Below, in pieces: positions 26,780 to 40,566 of a stretch of DNA of 62,221 nucleotides (position 1 is its first letter; each line of letters opens with the position of its first letter). The notes beneath the pieces were generated by a model. It searched no databases. It worked only from the letters and a program-made list of their open reading frames with translations, and was not told the DNA's origin. The stretch spans positions 29,628,045-29,690,265 of the forward strand of contig NC_069003.1 in NCBI RefSeq assembly GCF_001194135.2, given 5' to 3'. Source of the stretch: Octopus bimaculoides. Its lineage: Eukaryota. Made by a program: the position numbers and the translations under genes.

Positions 26780-28071
26780 NNNNNNNNNNNNNNNNNNNNN
26801 NNNNNNNNNNNNNNNNNNNNNNNNNNNNNNNNNNNNNNNNNNNNNNNNNNNNNNNNNNNNNNNNNNNNNNNNNNNNNNNNNNNNNNNNNNNNNNNNNNNN
26901 NNNNNNNNNNNNNNNNNNNNNNNNNNNNNNNNNNNNNNNNNNNNNNNNNNNNNNNNNNNNNNNNNNNNNNNNNNNNNNNNNNNNNNNNNNNNNNNNNNNN
27001 NNNNNNNNNNNNNNNNNNNNNNNNNNNNNNNNNNNNNNNNNNNNNNNNNNNNNNNNNNNNNNNNNNNNNNNNNNNNNNNNNNNNNNNNNNNNNNNNNNNN
27101 NNNNNNNNNNNNNNNNNNNNNNNNNNNNNNNNNNNNNNNNNNNNNNNNNNNNNNNNNNNNNNNNNNNNNNNNNNNNNNNNNNNNNNNNNNNNNNNNNNNN
27201 NNNNNNNNNNNNNNNNNNNNNNNNNNNNNNNNNNNNNNNNNNNNNNNNNNNNNNNNNNNNNNNNNNNNNNNNNNNNNNNNNNNNNNNNNNNNNNNNNNNN
27301 NNNNNNNNNNNNNNNNNNNNNNNNNNNNNNNNNNNNNNNNNNNNNNNNNNNNNNNNNNNNNNNNNNNNNNNNNNNNNNNNNNNNNNNNNNNNNNNNNNNN
27401 NNNNNNNNNNNNNNNNNNNNNNNNNNNNNNNNNNNNNNNNNNNNNNNNNNNNNNNNNNNNNNNNNNNNNNNNNNNNNNNNNNNNNNNNNNNNNNNNNNNN
27501 NNNNNNNNNNNNNNNNNNNNNNNNNNNAATCATGCAAACAAACCAACGCCATTTGTTAAGCAGTGGCGGAGCGAAAAACATAAAGACAAAAACGCATTCA
27601 CACATCATACACATACACACGCATAAGGTCTGAAATCGAGGTGGCGATGGGGGTGGGGTTAATCCGATGTATCCAGTGTTCAACTGCCCCCATGTATCTA
27701 GTGCTCCATCCGCCCCTAAAAGGTAAAAGGTAGAGTTTAATGTACTTCAAACTACATCATCCAATCAATGTGTTCTCTGTGTGTATGTGTGTGTGTGTGT
27801 GTGTGTGTTTAGAGGGTACGATGTTCATTGAGTGGTCTTTAACTGGTGTTTCTTACAAAACGAGTGACCACGTAGAGGATCTCTCGTTTGCCTTGCCCTC
27901 CGTATATTGCAGAAATACACACAGCAAACAAATATACTCCAGAGACAACAATCACAATGAATAATTTATATCAGTTGGAAGAATAAAAAAATGTAAAAAG
28001 AAAACCAGAAACACAAAAAAAAAAAACAATGAGGAAAACTAAAAAGTTTTAGAGAGCAATTTTTTTTAACA

Positions 28072-28129
<58 letters not shown>

Positions 28130-28917
28130 TAGATATGATAGTTGTGTTAAATGAAAGTCTATGTCAGAAGAAACATCGTGGCTGGCTATCTGCCTGATAC
28201 AAATCAATCGTCTGCAGTGTGAAGAAAGGAAACAAAAAACACACACACACACACACACACTATCAACCATGTTAGCCAGATACAATAGNNNNNNNNNNNN
28301 NNNNNNNNNNNNNNNNNNNNNNNNNNNNNNNNNNNNNNNNNNNNNNNNNNNNNNNNNNNNNNNNNNNNNNNNNNNNNNNNNNNNNNNNNNNNNNNNNNNN
28401 NNNNNNNNNNNNNNNNNNNNNNNNNNNNNNNNNNNNNNNNNNNNNNNNNNNNNNNNNNNNNNNNNNNNNNNNNNNNNNNNNNNNNNNNNNNNNNNNNNNN
28501 NNNNNNNNNNNNNNNNNNNNNNNNNNNNNNNNNNNNNNNNNNNNNNNNNNNNNNNNNNNNNNNNNNNNNNNNNNNNNNNNNNNNNNNNNNNNNNNNNNNN
28601 NNNNNNNNNNNNNNNNNNNNNNNNNNNNNNNNNNNNNNNNNNNNNNNNNNNNNNNNNNNNNNNNNNNNNNNNNNNNNNNNNNNNNNNNNNNNNNNNNNNN
28701 NNNNNNNNNNNNNNNNNNNNNNNNNNNNNNNNNNNNNNNNNNNNNNNNNNNNNNNNNNNNNNNNNNNNNNNNNNNNNNNNNNNNNNNNNNNNNNNNNNNN
28801 NNNNNNNNNNNNNNNNNNNNNNNNNNNNNNNNNNNNNNNNNNNNNNNNNNNNNNNNNNNNNNNNNNNNNNNNNNNNNNNNNNNNNNNNNNNNNNNNNNNN
28901 NNNNNNNNNNNNNNNNN

Positions 28918-29050
28918 NCTGTTTGCCGACATATCAAGTGTATCATGTTAATGTTGTTGGAATTTCCAATGAAGCAGCCTTGGATTTAGGTTAGAAACCG
29001 ACTCTTTCTCTAGCGGCAAGAAATCTTGAACAATGACATACATAACTGAA
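28918..29050 (+). mobile_element. 3' end of an RLE-type non-LTR element ((TACA)n family), followed by (TACA)n
   Basis: Homologous to 29590-29686 (GGTTAGAAACCG.CTCTTTCTCTA...GAATCTTGAA); ends AACTGAATAA then (CATA)n. Confidence 0.7.
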
Positions 29051-29054
29051 TAAC

Positions 29055-29088
<34 letters not shown>

Positions 29089-29150
29089 CATACATACATA
29101 CATGCATACATACATACATACATACATACATACATACATACATACATACA

Positions 29151-29686
29151 TTTGTGGAAATTAGCTGCCAAGCGGATGTTAACAGAAAGCTGAAGATCAG
29201 TGAAAAAGAGAACACCTATGCTGAAGTATTGAGAGATCTGAAGTAACTCTATACAGATTACAAGTTCAAGCTTATACGTGTAAATATTGGGGTCTTGGAA
29301 TATGTAACACACTGCCTAAATACCAATCTTGAGAAATTAGGCTTCTCAACGCCAGAAAGGAGAAAACTAATTCGAAGACTACAGATCCAATTCATCACTG
29401 GAACTGTAAAAATCTGTAAAACTTTCCAGAAGTTTATCATTTAAATATATATGAGCATGTCTAGATATGCAACTATATGCATTAGAATACGTAGAAAAAG
29501 CATACAAACCTGCACATTCATGCATACATACATACATACATACATACATACATACATACATACATGCATACATACAAACAAAAATACGCCGTTGTTTATG
29601 TTGAAATAGCAATGAAGGAGTCTCGGATCTAGATTAGAAACCGGTTCTTTCTCTATTGGCAACGAATCTTGAAATGCAATGAATAA
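29151..29686 (+). mobile_element. 5'-truncated RLE-type (R4/Dong-related) non-LTR element in (TACA)n
   Basis: FVEISCQADVNRKLKISEKENTYAEVLRDLK*LYTDYKFKLIRVNIGVLEY...GTVKICKTFQKFII* (stop 29442-29444). The 3'UTR contains an internal (TACA)n. Confidence 0.75.
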
Positions 29687-30001
29687 TGTGAGCGTGTGGG
29701 GAGTACAAGGTGTGGCCGTGTTGATATATAATGGGTTGTGAGAAAGGATGGTTGCAAAGATTATCTATCAATTTTCACTCAAACCGGCAACCCGAGGTGC
29801 TTTGTAGTTGATATTGTTTCTGTTAATAATTAATATTTCAACAAATTAGCATAGATCGCCTCTGATTGTTCCATGGTACATATGTAAATGAAGCAATAAA
29901 ATGCTAATATATACTCTCGAGTTTCAGTATTGTAATTATTCGAACTAAATTCTTCACACGATTTTATCCCTCTGACTATTTGTATACTGCTTCATGTTTC
30001 A

Positions 30002-30050
<49 letters not shown>

Positions 30051-30921
30051 CATGCATGCATGCATGTATGCATGTATGTATGTATGTATGTATGTATGTA
30101 TGTATGTGTGTGTGTATACATATATATATATATATATATNNNNNNNNNNNNNNNNNNNNNNNNNNNNNNNNNNNNNNNNNNNNNNNNNNNNNNNNNNNNN
30201 NNNNNNNNNNNNNNNNNNNNNNNNNNNNNNNNNNNNNNNNNNNNNNNNNNNNNNNNNNNNNNNNNNNNNNNNNNNNNNNNNNNNNNNNNNNNNNNNNNNN
30301 NNNNNNNNNNNNNNNNNNNNNNNNNNNNNNNNNNNNNNNNNNNNNNNNNNNNNNNNNNNNNNNNNNNNNNNNNNNNNNNNNNNNNNNNNNNNNNNNNNNN
30401 NNNNNNNNNNNNNNNNNNNNNNNNNNNNNNNNNNNNNNNNNNNNNNNNNNNNNNNNNNNNNNNNNNNNNNNNNNNNNNNNNNNNNNNNNNNNNNNNNNNN
30501 NNNNNNNNNNNNNNNNNNNNNNNNNNNNNNNNNNNNNNNNNNNNNNNNNNNNNNNNNNNNNNNNNNNNNNNNNNNNNNNNNNNNNNNNNNNNNNNNNNNN
30601 NNNNNNNNNNNNNNNNNNNNNNNNNNNNNNNNNNNNNNNNNNNNNNNNNNNNNNNNNNNNNNNNNNNNNNNNNNNNNNNNNNNNNNNNNNNNNNNNNNNN
30701 NNNNNNNNNNNNNNNNNNNNNNNNNNNNNNNNNNNNNNNNNNNNNNNNNNNNNNNNNNNNNNNNNNNNNNNNNNNNNNNNNNNNNNNNNNNNNNNNNNNN
30801 NNNNNNNNNNNNNNNNNNNNNNNNNNNNNNNNNNNNNNNNNNNNNNNNNNNNNNNNNNNNNNNNNNNNNNNNNNNNNNNNNNNNNNNNNNNNNTATATAT
30901 ATATATATACATACTTATGCA

Positions 30922-30966
<45 letters not shown>

Positions 30967-32684
30967 ATATATAGGCATGTACAAACGCGTATGAATACAC
31001 ACATCTATATATTTACATATATTTATAAATATCAGTATATATGTGTGTGTGTATACATCTGTATACGTACATATATATATATATTTGTACATGTATCCTT
31101 ATATACGAATAAACCCACATATATGTATATATGTGTGTATATTTGTATGTACGAGCATAAAACTGAATCCGAATGCAAATAAAAACGTATTCATGATATA
31201 TTTTACCTTGGAGATACGTAATAATACAAATATCTTGTGCACATACACACATACATGCGTACTTGCTTATGTATGTATATATATCTATACTTGTATAACG
31301 GTAAACTATATTGAAGTAAAGTAACTCTGACTAACCAGCTATCAAATACCATACAACTGGAATTGTTAGCTTATTTATACGAATTCATACGAATATTATT
31401 ATATATTTACAACTAATATGTATCAGAGCTTCACATTCATATACTCCTTGTGTGCTAATGCATTGCGTACTATTGTATGCATTGCCAGGGGGCAATACAT
31501 AGTGGTTCTTCAGTTACATACCAAGGTGTCATTGCTTTCAATGCTCAACTGGAAGAAGTTATGAGCATCTAGTGACATTCTAGTAGTATGACTGGAGCTC
31601 TGTCAAAGAGACAAACAACAGAGTCGTAAGTGATATTTTCGTCTTGGCCATCCTCTGCATCCGTCTCCATCCACAGTCGTCTTGGTCTGATCTTGCCACT
31701 GGGTTGAAGATGCTTATGGGAGAGAGACTGAAGATGACGGAGAGAAACTCTTCTTCACTTTAAACAAAGTCGCCACGCAAATCATTCATCCTTAAGGATG
31801 ACAGGATAGGCCTCATCGCTCCGACAGACGAACATTTCCTGTAACAATAAGTTGCTGATCTAATATCAAACCAACAACGCATTTTATTATATTCCTTCAT
31901 AAAGGATACGTACCCGAAACGTTAGATTTGAACTTTCTGATATTCAGCAAAGTCTACTTCTGTTTAATATTAATCGTTTCCAACACTAAAAGTTTCCAAC
32001 ACTAATCCACACCACTTGTCTAACCAATTTCACTTTTAACACCTTTAATATAACATGAAAAATAATTGTAGCATTTAAACAACTGTTTAACATTTTTTTA
32101 TCTTTAACGAAATGTATTTCTAATTATGATTCATAAATGTAACTTGTGAAAAGTTTCTGTATATTACTTGTGGCAGTGTAGCTATTAAAAATGTTATTTC
32201 AATCAACTACAATAAGGGATATTGATTGTAAAATATAACAAACTGCTTCTAGCTTTAGATAGAAACATAATTAAAACTAATACGGTTGGTAATTACCAAC
32301 AGAAACTATCAAACAATAGCATTTTCGAAAACGATATAACATTTCTAACAATACTGTTAATGAAAAGCAGAAGAAAAATCTACGAGGTTTGCTTTAATAT
32401 TCCCCATAAATCTCTTAATTTATACCATCGAAATATAATGCTTTTTTCTATATAGTTTGTGTGAAGTATTATGCTTTGTTTTAATAAGTTGTTAGAAACG
32501 AGAGCGAACGATAAATGCAAAAATAAAAATTTCAAACAGCAGGAGATGAAAGAATAGCATATATTTTGTAAATTATGAAAGAGAATTAAACCCTACTTTA
32601 TTTGACTTTGCTATGTTCTCCTCTCCCTTTCTCTCTCGCTCCCTCTCTCTATCTATCTCTCTCTCTCTCTCTCTCACACACACA

Positions 32685-32795
<111 letters not shown>

Positions 32796-33460
32796 CGCGT
32801 GTGTGTGTATTTATGTATATGTGTATGCATGTATACATACATACAAGTATATATGTGTTTGAGTGTTTGTGTAACATATATATAATATATACTTATATAT
32901 GTGTGTATAGACATTATTGTAGATATATATATATATATTTATATTTATATTTATATTTATATGCTGAGAAGCAAACACACACACATATATAATACATGCA
33001 TGTATCTATGCCTTTCATAGTATTCAAAACTATGACATATATTGGTATAATTCTAAATTCTAGGTAAGTTTAATGGAATATAGATAAGCGCATATATCTG
33101 TGTGTCTATTTGTATGTCTATATGTATGTGTATATAAACGCCAAGTTAGTAAATTACAAATGTATATATGTTTTTTTTTCTCCTTTCGTGACACATTACA
33201 CACATTTATAACATCAACATGAGATTATGTCCTAATTCCTCCATTTTTTTTTCTTTTCAGTTTGAAAGAATGATGTCCTTGAGAAAGAGACCCACTTTCA
33301 CAAGAGAAAACACAAGACAATATAGTTTTACTCCTACATTAACGTTGTTGCCCTAATAAACCCCGTCACCACCCAGTAACATTCTTTTATAAAGACTTAA
33401 TCGCTTTGTGGAATTCTTCACCAGTCACTTATTTTATCTTACCGTTGTTAAATACAAAGC

Positions 33461-33562
33461 ATGGCTAAGTCAAATATAGTGGTTCCTGTGAAATACGAAT
33501 TGAATTTCAACTGGGATTTGAACACCAATTCCTTTGAAGGGAAGGCAGACATAGAAATCAAG
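33461..33562 (+). CDS. Coding exon 1: MAKSNIVVPVKYELNFNWDLNTNSFEGKADIEIK
   Basis: PSA N-terminal (VxPxxYxL...FEGK) match; donor AAG|GTAAAT, phase 0. Upstream acceptor at 33260 suggests a 5'UTR segment. Confidence 0.85.
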
Positions 33563-33720
33563 GTAAATAAAACTACTGTTTTGTTACTCTTTGTAAGCCT
33601 AGTACTTATTATATCGGTCTCTTTTTGCCGAACCGCTAAGTTACGAAGACGTAAACACACCAGCATCGGTTGTCAAGCGATTTTGGGAGGACAAACACAG
33701 ACACAGACACAGACACACAG

Positions 33721-33767
<47 letters not shown>

Positions 33768-36700
33768 NNNNNNNNNNNNNNNNNNNNNNNNNNNNNNNNN
33801 NNNNNNNNNNNNNNNNNNNNNNNNNNNNNNNNNNNNNNNNNNNNNNNNNNNNNNNNNNNNNNNNNNNNNNNNNNNNNNNNNNNNNNNNNNNNNNNNNNNN
33901 NNNNNNNNNNNNNNNNNNNNNNNNNNNNNNNNNATATATATGACGGGCTTCTTTCAGTTTCCGTCTACCAAATCCACTCACAAGGCTTTGGTCGGCCCGA
34001 GGCTATAGAAGAAGACACTTGCCCAAGGTGCCACGCAGTGGGACTGAACCCAGAACCATGTGCTTGGCAAGCAAGCTACTTACCACACAGCTACTCCTAC
34101 GCCTGTTGCGAATTTTTCTTTTTATTTCTAAAAGTATTCAACTCTTTTCCTGTCCAAAGCATTTTCACAAGTTCTTTTACCAAACGCCCATGTCTGTTTT
34201 CAGAATTTTAGTTAGATATTATTTCATGTTCTGGTTGATATAAAGCTTTTTTCTTTTCGAACGTCCAGAATTACTCTGGCAGCTGGAAAAAAAACATCTT
34301 GAGATTTCGTATCATATATGACGCATGGATAAGACTGCGAGCTGGCAGAATCGTTACCGCGCCGAGAAAAAAGTTTACCAGCATTTCTTCCGAGTTTGCG
34401 TTCTGAGTTCAAATACCACCAAGGTCGATAAAATAGTACCAGTTGAATACCAGGGTTGATGTAACCGACTTAACCTCTCCCCCGAAATTACTCGCTCTAT
34501 GTTAAAATTTGAAACCACTATATGTTGCGTGGACACCAGAGAAATACGTCCTGTTTAGCATATATGATCATATGTTCTTAGTTATCTAAAGCTTTCCTTT
34601 CATAAAGTTAATCTGGTTGTTGAAAACAATTGAGAATGTTTAACATTTATGATGTCTGGACGTCTAGGAAATATGTCTATTGTATTACATTTAATCAAAC
34701 GTTCTGAGTAAAATAAAGCCTTGCTTTTCCTAAATCCTAAATTACTCTATTGGTTGAAATAGAATAGGAATGTGTATTATATATATATCGTATATGATAC
34801 ATGAGTGGAGGCGCAATGGCCCAGTGGTTAGGGCAGCGGACTCGCGGTCATAGGATCGCGGTTTCGATTCCCAGACCGGGCGTTGTGAGTACTTATTGAG
34901 TGAAAACACCTAAAGCTCCACGAGGCTCCGGCAGGGGATGGTGGCGAACCCTGCTGTACTCTTCCACNNNNNNNNNNAAAACACCTAAAGCTCCACGAGG
35001 CTCCGGCAGGGGATGGTGGCGAACCCTGCTGTACTCTTCCACCACAACTTTCTCTCACTCTTACTACCTGTTTCTGTTGTGCCTGTAATTCAAAGGGTCA
35101 GCCTTGTCACAATGTGTCACGCTGAATATCTCCGAGAACTACGTTAAGGGTACACGTTTCTTTGGAGTGCTCGGCCACTTGCACGTTAATTTCACAAGCA
35201 GGTTGTTCCGTTGATCGGATCAAATGGAACCCTCGTCGTCGTAAGCGACGGAGTGCCAACAACAATATGGTACATGGATGCCAAGGAAACATGTCCTGTG
35301 TATAATATGTGGGACACAGGACAGGTAAAGGGTTAAGATTGTCATTCTTCTTGCTGTTGTCGTTTAGACTCCAGGTCAGCTCTTAGAAAATAAATTTATA
35401 TTTAAAGCAATCCCGATCTTGGTGGAATTTCAACCCCGAACGTAAAAAGTGAAGAACTGCCGCTAAGCGCTTTGTCCAACACGCTAACGATTTAATAGTC
35501 CTTGTATAATAAGAATGTGAAAACATTTCTTGTGTGCTTTTGATTGCTTAATTAGTGGTGACCCGTCAAAGGGGAAATTATGCAAGTTACGCTTTGCAGT
35601 TCGGTGGCAGCCTATGTTAAGACTTTGATAAATCAGTTCAATTGTTTCTACAAGCGTAGGTTTGACTGTATGATAAGTAGCTTGCTTCCCAACCAAGTGG
35701 TTTCGCGTTCGGTCCCATTGCGTAGCACCTTGGACAATAACGTCGAGCCAACCAAAGCCTTTGTAAGTGGATTTCGGAAACAGAAACTCAAAGAAGCCAA
35801 TCGTACATATGTATTTTGTGCTTGTCTTTGAGTCTGTGTTTGTCCCCCCATCACCGATTGACAAACGGTGCTGGTGTGTTTACGTATCCGAAACTTAACG
35901 GTTCGATTTATCTCTTCTACTCTTACTCTCTGTCAGGTTGAGCAGCCGACGCAGCTTATTGAACTGAAGGCAAAAGATCTGTTCTTCAAAGATGCTCACT
36001 TCACAGGCGTTGGTAAGTAAATCGTTGAATTAATCACTAACAAAAGCGTAGTATCACCCAAAGCAAACGCCGCTTGATTTTGTGTGTGAGTGTGTGAATT
36101 AGTGAGAAAGAAAGCTTTTTCACGGCTCCCGACACGGGTCTGGTGGACATTGGAATAAATTCCAATAACAAAGAATGCTGTTTATTCATATTTAAATGCT
36201 CCTAGCAAAATTGCTTTAAAAGAGAAGTGGAATTATGAACAGCGTGAGCCAATATNNNNNNNNNNNNNNNNNNNNNNNNNNNNNNNNNNNNNNNNNNNNN
36301 NNNNNNNNNNNNNNNNNNNNNNNNNNNNNNNNNNNNNNNNNNNNNNNNNNNNNNNNNNNNNNNNNNNNNNNNNNNNNNNNNNNNNNNNNNNNNNNNNNNN
36401 NNNNNNNNNNNNNNNNNNNNNNNNNNNNNNNNNNNNNNNNNNNNNNNNNNNNNNNNNNNNNNNNNNNNNNNNNNNNNNNNNNNNNNNNNNNNNNNNNNNN
36501 NNNNNNNNNNNNNNNNNNNNNNNNNNNNNNNNNNNNNNNNNNNNNNNNNNNNNNNNNNNNNNNNNNNNNNNNNNNNNNNNNNNNNNNNNNNNNNNNNNNN
36601 NNNNNNNTTTTTTTTTTTTTTTTGCACTTATATAAACAACATTATTGACTTTTTGGCGTAGATATGTTACAACAAAAAGCCGAAGTCATCATCAACGAAG

Positions 36701-38998
36701 GAACCGAAACCGCCTCGTTGAAATTCCCGTACGAACTCAATGTAAGTAACATATTTTCCCACTTCACTGTGCAGTCCATTTGGTCATATATACGTTAGCG
36801 TGCTGTCTATCTTCACCTTCAGATTTAATGAGCTTTCTGCAATCAGGGAAGGCACGATCTTTTTCCTGATTTCGTTTTCTTTTCTTGTTCCATATCTTGC
36901 ACCAACCGTCTTCACATTTTTTTTTTCCACGTGTTTACTTATTTTCTTATATTTTCTTATATTTTCTAAGGATCTAATGATAGTTATATATGTGTTTTTT
37001 CGTGTTTTGTTCGAATGGTGACCACTCCTGAAGAAGTGCCAAATGTCTAAATCCAATGGACCAGTCACTGGATAAGTTTGGCACAGAAATGTTAACATAG
37101 AGTGGTGAATAAATCGATATATCGAATTTGAAGTCTCTGTCTCTTTTGAATATGAAANNNNNNNNNNNNNNNNNNNNNNNNNNNNNNNNNNNNNNNNNNN
37201 NNNNNNNNNNNNNNNNNNNNNNNNNNNNNNNNNNNNNNNNNNNNNNNNNNNNNNNNNNNNNNNNNNNNNNNNNNNNNNNNNNNNNNNNNNNNNNNNNNNN
37301 NNNNNNNNNNNNNNNNNNNNNNNNNNNNNNNNNNNNNNNNNNNNNNNNNNNNNNNNNNNNNNNNNNNNNNNNNNNNNNNNNNNNNNNNNNNNNNNNNNNN
37401 NNNNNNNNNNNNNNNNNNNNNNNNNNNNNNNNNNNNNNNNNNNNNNNNNNNNNNNNNNNNNNNNNNNNNNNNNNNNNNNNNNNNNNNNNNNNNNNNNNNN
37501 NNNNNNNNNNNNNNNNNNNNNNNNNNNNNNNNNNNNNNNNNNNNNNNNNNNNNNNNNNNNNNNNNNNNNNNNNNNNNNNNNNNNNNNNNNNNNNNNNNNN
37601 NNNNNNNNNNNNNNNNNNNNNNNNNNNNNNNNNNNNNNNNNNNNNNNNNNNNNNNNNNNNNNNNNNNNNNNNNNNNNNNNNNNNNNNNNNNNNNNNNNNN
37701 NNNNNNNNNNNNNNNNNNNNNNNNNNNNNNNNNNNNNNNNNNNNNNNNNNNNNNNNNNNNNNNNNNNNNNNNNNNNNNNNNNNNNNNNNNNNNNNNNNNN
37801 NNNNNNNNNNNNNNNNNNNNNNNNNNNNNNNNNNNNNNNNNNNNNNNNNNNNNNNNNNNNNNNNNNNNNNNNNNNNNNNNNNNNNNNNNNNNNNNNNNNN
37901 NNNNNNNNNNNNNNNNNNNNNNNNNNNNNNNNNNNNNNNNNNNNNNNNNNNNNNNNNNNNNNNNNNNNNNNNNNNNNNNNNNNNNNNNNNNNNNNNNNNN
38001 NNNNNNNNNNNNNNNNNNNNNNNNNNNNNNNNNNNNNNNNNNNNNNNNNNNNNNNNNNNNNNNNNNNNNNNNNNNNNNNNNNNNNNNNNNNNNNNNNNNN
38101 NNNNTATACATGAACACACATACATATACATGTATACTTTAAACTCTGTGTGTAAGAAAGAGAGAGTGAAAGGGATTAGTTTCAGCTTTTATATTCGATA
38201 TTAAAAATTTATTGCTAATACAATCGATGGGAACAAAATTAAGTTGAAGAATTTTGAGAAAACAAGTCAAGATTACAATCGATTTTAAATTTGCTTAAAA
38301 CGTAAATATTTTATTCTAGCTTTTGTGGCAAAATAATTACCATTGATTTTTCTGTATATATAAATGTGTGTGTGTGTATATGTGTGTGTGTGTGCGTGCG
38401 TTTGTGTGATTTGTGTACCTACCATCAGCAGTCAATAACAATTTATTTCAGTTAAATCTAGTTAATTCGCTGAACAATTTATTACGTTTTCGCTCACCTT
38501 TCCCACCTTTACCAAAACACCGATTCCATGATGAAGAAATCAATGAATCGTATCGACTTTTTTCTTTTTTAGGTTGGCGATGGTCAGTTGAGGCTGGCAT
38601 ACGGTGGACGAGTAAATTATTTCAATGGCGGAATATTCTTTGGTAGATTTGAGAACGACAGCAGTCACAGTAAAGTAATTGCAGCTGATCTGAAGGTGAA
38701 TTTTATTTTCTCTCTCTTACCATTATTTTTTGGCCTGTAATTGTTTGTATTCTATTTTATTTTTATCTATTCTTTTTTTATTTTTCTTTCATTTTATAAT
38801 TTTATATGTCCGGTCATTATTTTTATCTTTCTATTTCATTTGTCAATCTCAATATATTTAAAGTTAATTTAATTGCGAAAAATTCATTTTGACACTAAAT
38901 AGAATCTATTTTGTATATATTTAAATTTAGAATCAATTGGAAATTACACCTACACACACACAATTTACATACATATATATATATACTTACATATACTC

Positions 38999-39037
<39 letters not shown>

Positions 39038-40322
39038 TATATACCTGAAATTTCATATACATACAATTATGTATATATATATATGTACATACATACAATT
39101 ATATTTGTATATATATACATATGTATGTATGTATTTACTAACTGATAAGAGAAATAGAAAGTTCTGTCTACTTGTTTCGTTTTTGCTGTGTTTTTTATAT
39201 ATTTAGAGTCTCTGTCTGAGCTGTACCATTATCGGTCATAATATTAACAAACAAAAAGACAGTGTTTTAACAAGATTGTTAGTGCATCGAACGAAATTCT
39301 CTACGATATATAGCTAAGGTCCCCTACATTCTAATTTCAAATCCTGCTGTGAAAGATTTGGCATTTATTACCTAGCAGTCAAAGTAGCAGCAACACGTTT
39401 GAAAGGGCCTACCAGTCAAAATAGCAGCCATGTTGATTATGAGGAAGTCAAGGACAAAGAGTGTTCAACTATAATCTGGATAGTCAGAGGTTCAAGTCCT
39501 GTTCTGTTCTCTTCTTGCGTTCGTTCATTGAAACATGTAACCTCACTTGAGACAATTAACCTATTTCAATTAAGATCTTTGTAATGTTATGACTGTTAGT
39601 GGAGGCGCAATGGCCCATCGTTAGGACAGCGGACTCGCGGCCCAGTGGTTAGGGCAGCGGACTCGCGGTCATTTATATTTATTTTATATTTATTTACATT
39701 TTTCAAATATCTATCTTCAGAATGAAGGCTACTACCAAGTTTTTCCAACGTTGAGATCAGTCGGCCCAGTCTACTGCAACGTAACTATGAATGCACCAAG
39801 TGGTTATACCGCTCTGTCTAACATGGTATGTTCTCTCAACTTAACTGTCGTTAGAATTTCTTTTATAAAAATAAACTCAGATATTTTAGTAACATATACG
39901 TCATTGCTTTTGCTTTTGGACTACTTTATTGCCAGTTCTTTCCTGATCTAACAGAACTTTCTCCACGTCTTTTTCTTTTTGAAAGCGTTGTTCTAAGCGG
40001 CCCACTTTATCTAAAATGTATGGCTTCTTTGAGAGCGGCGGGATGTGGTTTGAGTGAGTTTTGAACGTTTCATTTTCAAACCTCACAGGCGATCAAGTTA
40101 CCTCAGAGCTGCAGAATGTCTGAATTGCATGCATGTCTTTCATAAAAAATAAGAAAAGATTTTCAAACTGATAGGTGATTGGTTTAGAAGTACGCTTCGC
40201 AGCCACGAGGTGGCTGTTTCGATTCCGACCGATGAATGCCATCTTGGACGTATATCTTGTATTATAAACCATCTATCAATTCAAACCGCGTAAGCAGAAA
40301 GAGGCAGGCAAAAATAGTGACA

Positions 40323-40365
<43 letters not shown>

Positions 40366-40512
40366 AAGCGTGGCTGGTGATAAGAACTTTGCTTCCCAAC
40401 CACAGGGTTCAGGCCCTCTGCATGGCATCTTGGGAAAATGTCTTGAACTATAGCCTCGAGCCTACCAAAGACTTATGAATGGATGATAAACTGAAACTGA
40501 AAGAAGCTAGTC

Positions 40513-40566
<54 letters not shown>

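Noticed and set aside
34805-34880. tRNA-Arg-like and other tRNA-like sequences
   Set aside because: They lack complete cloverleaf 3' ends and continue into SINE bodies, so they are SINE heads, not tRNA genes.
34907-35041. Tandem duplication within SINE B
   Set aside because: Identical copies flank a 10-N gap, which is typical of a contig-overlap artefact.
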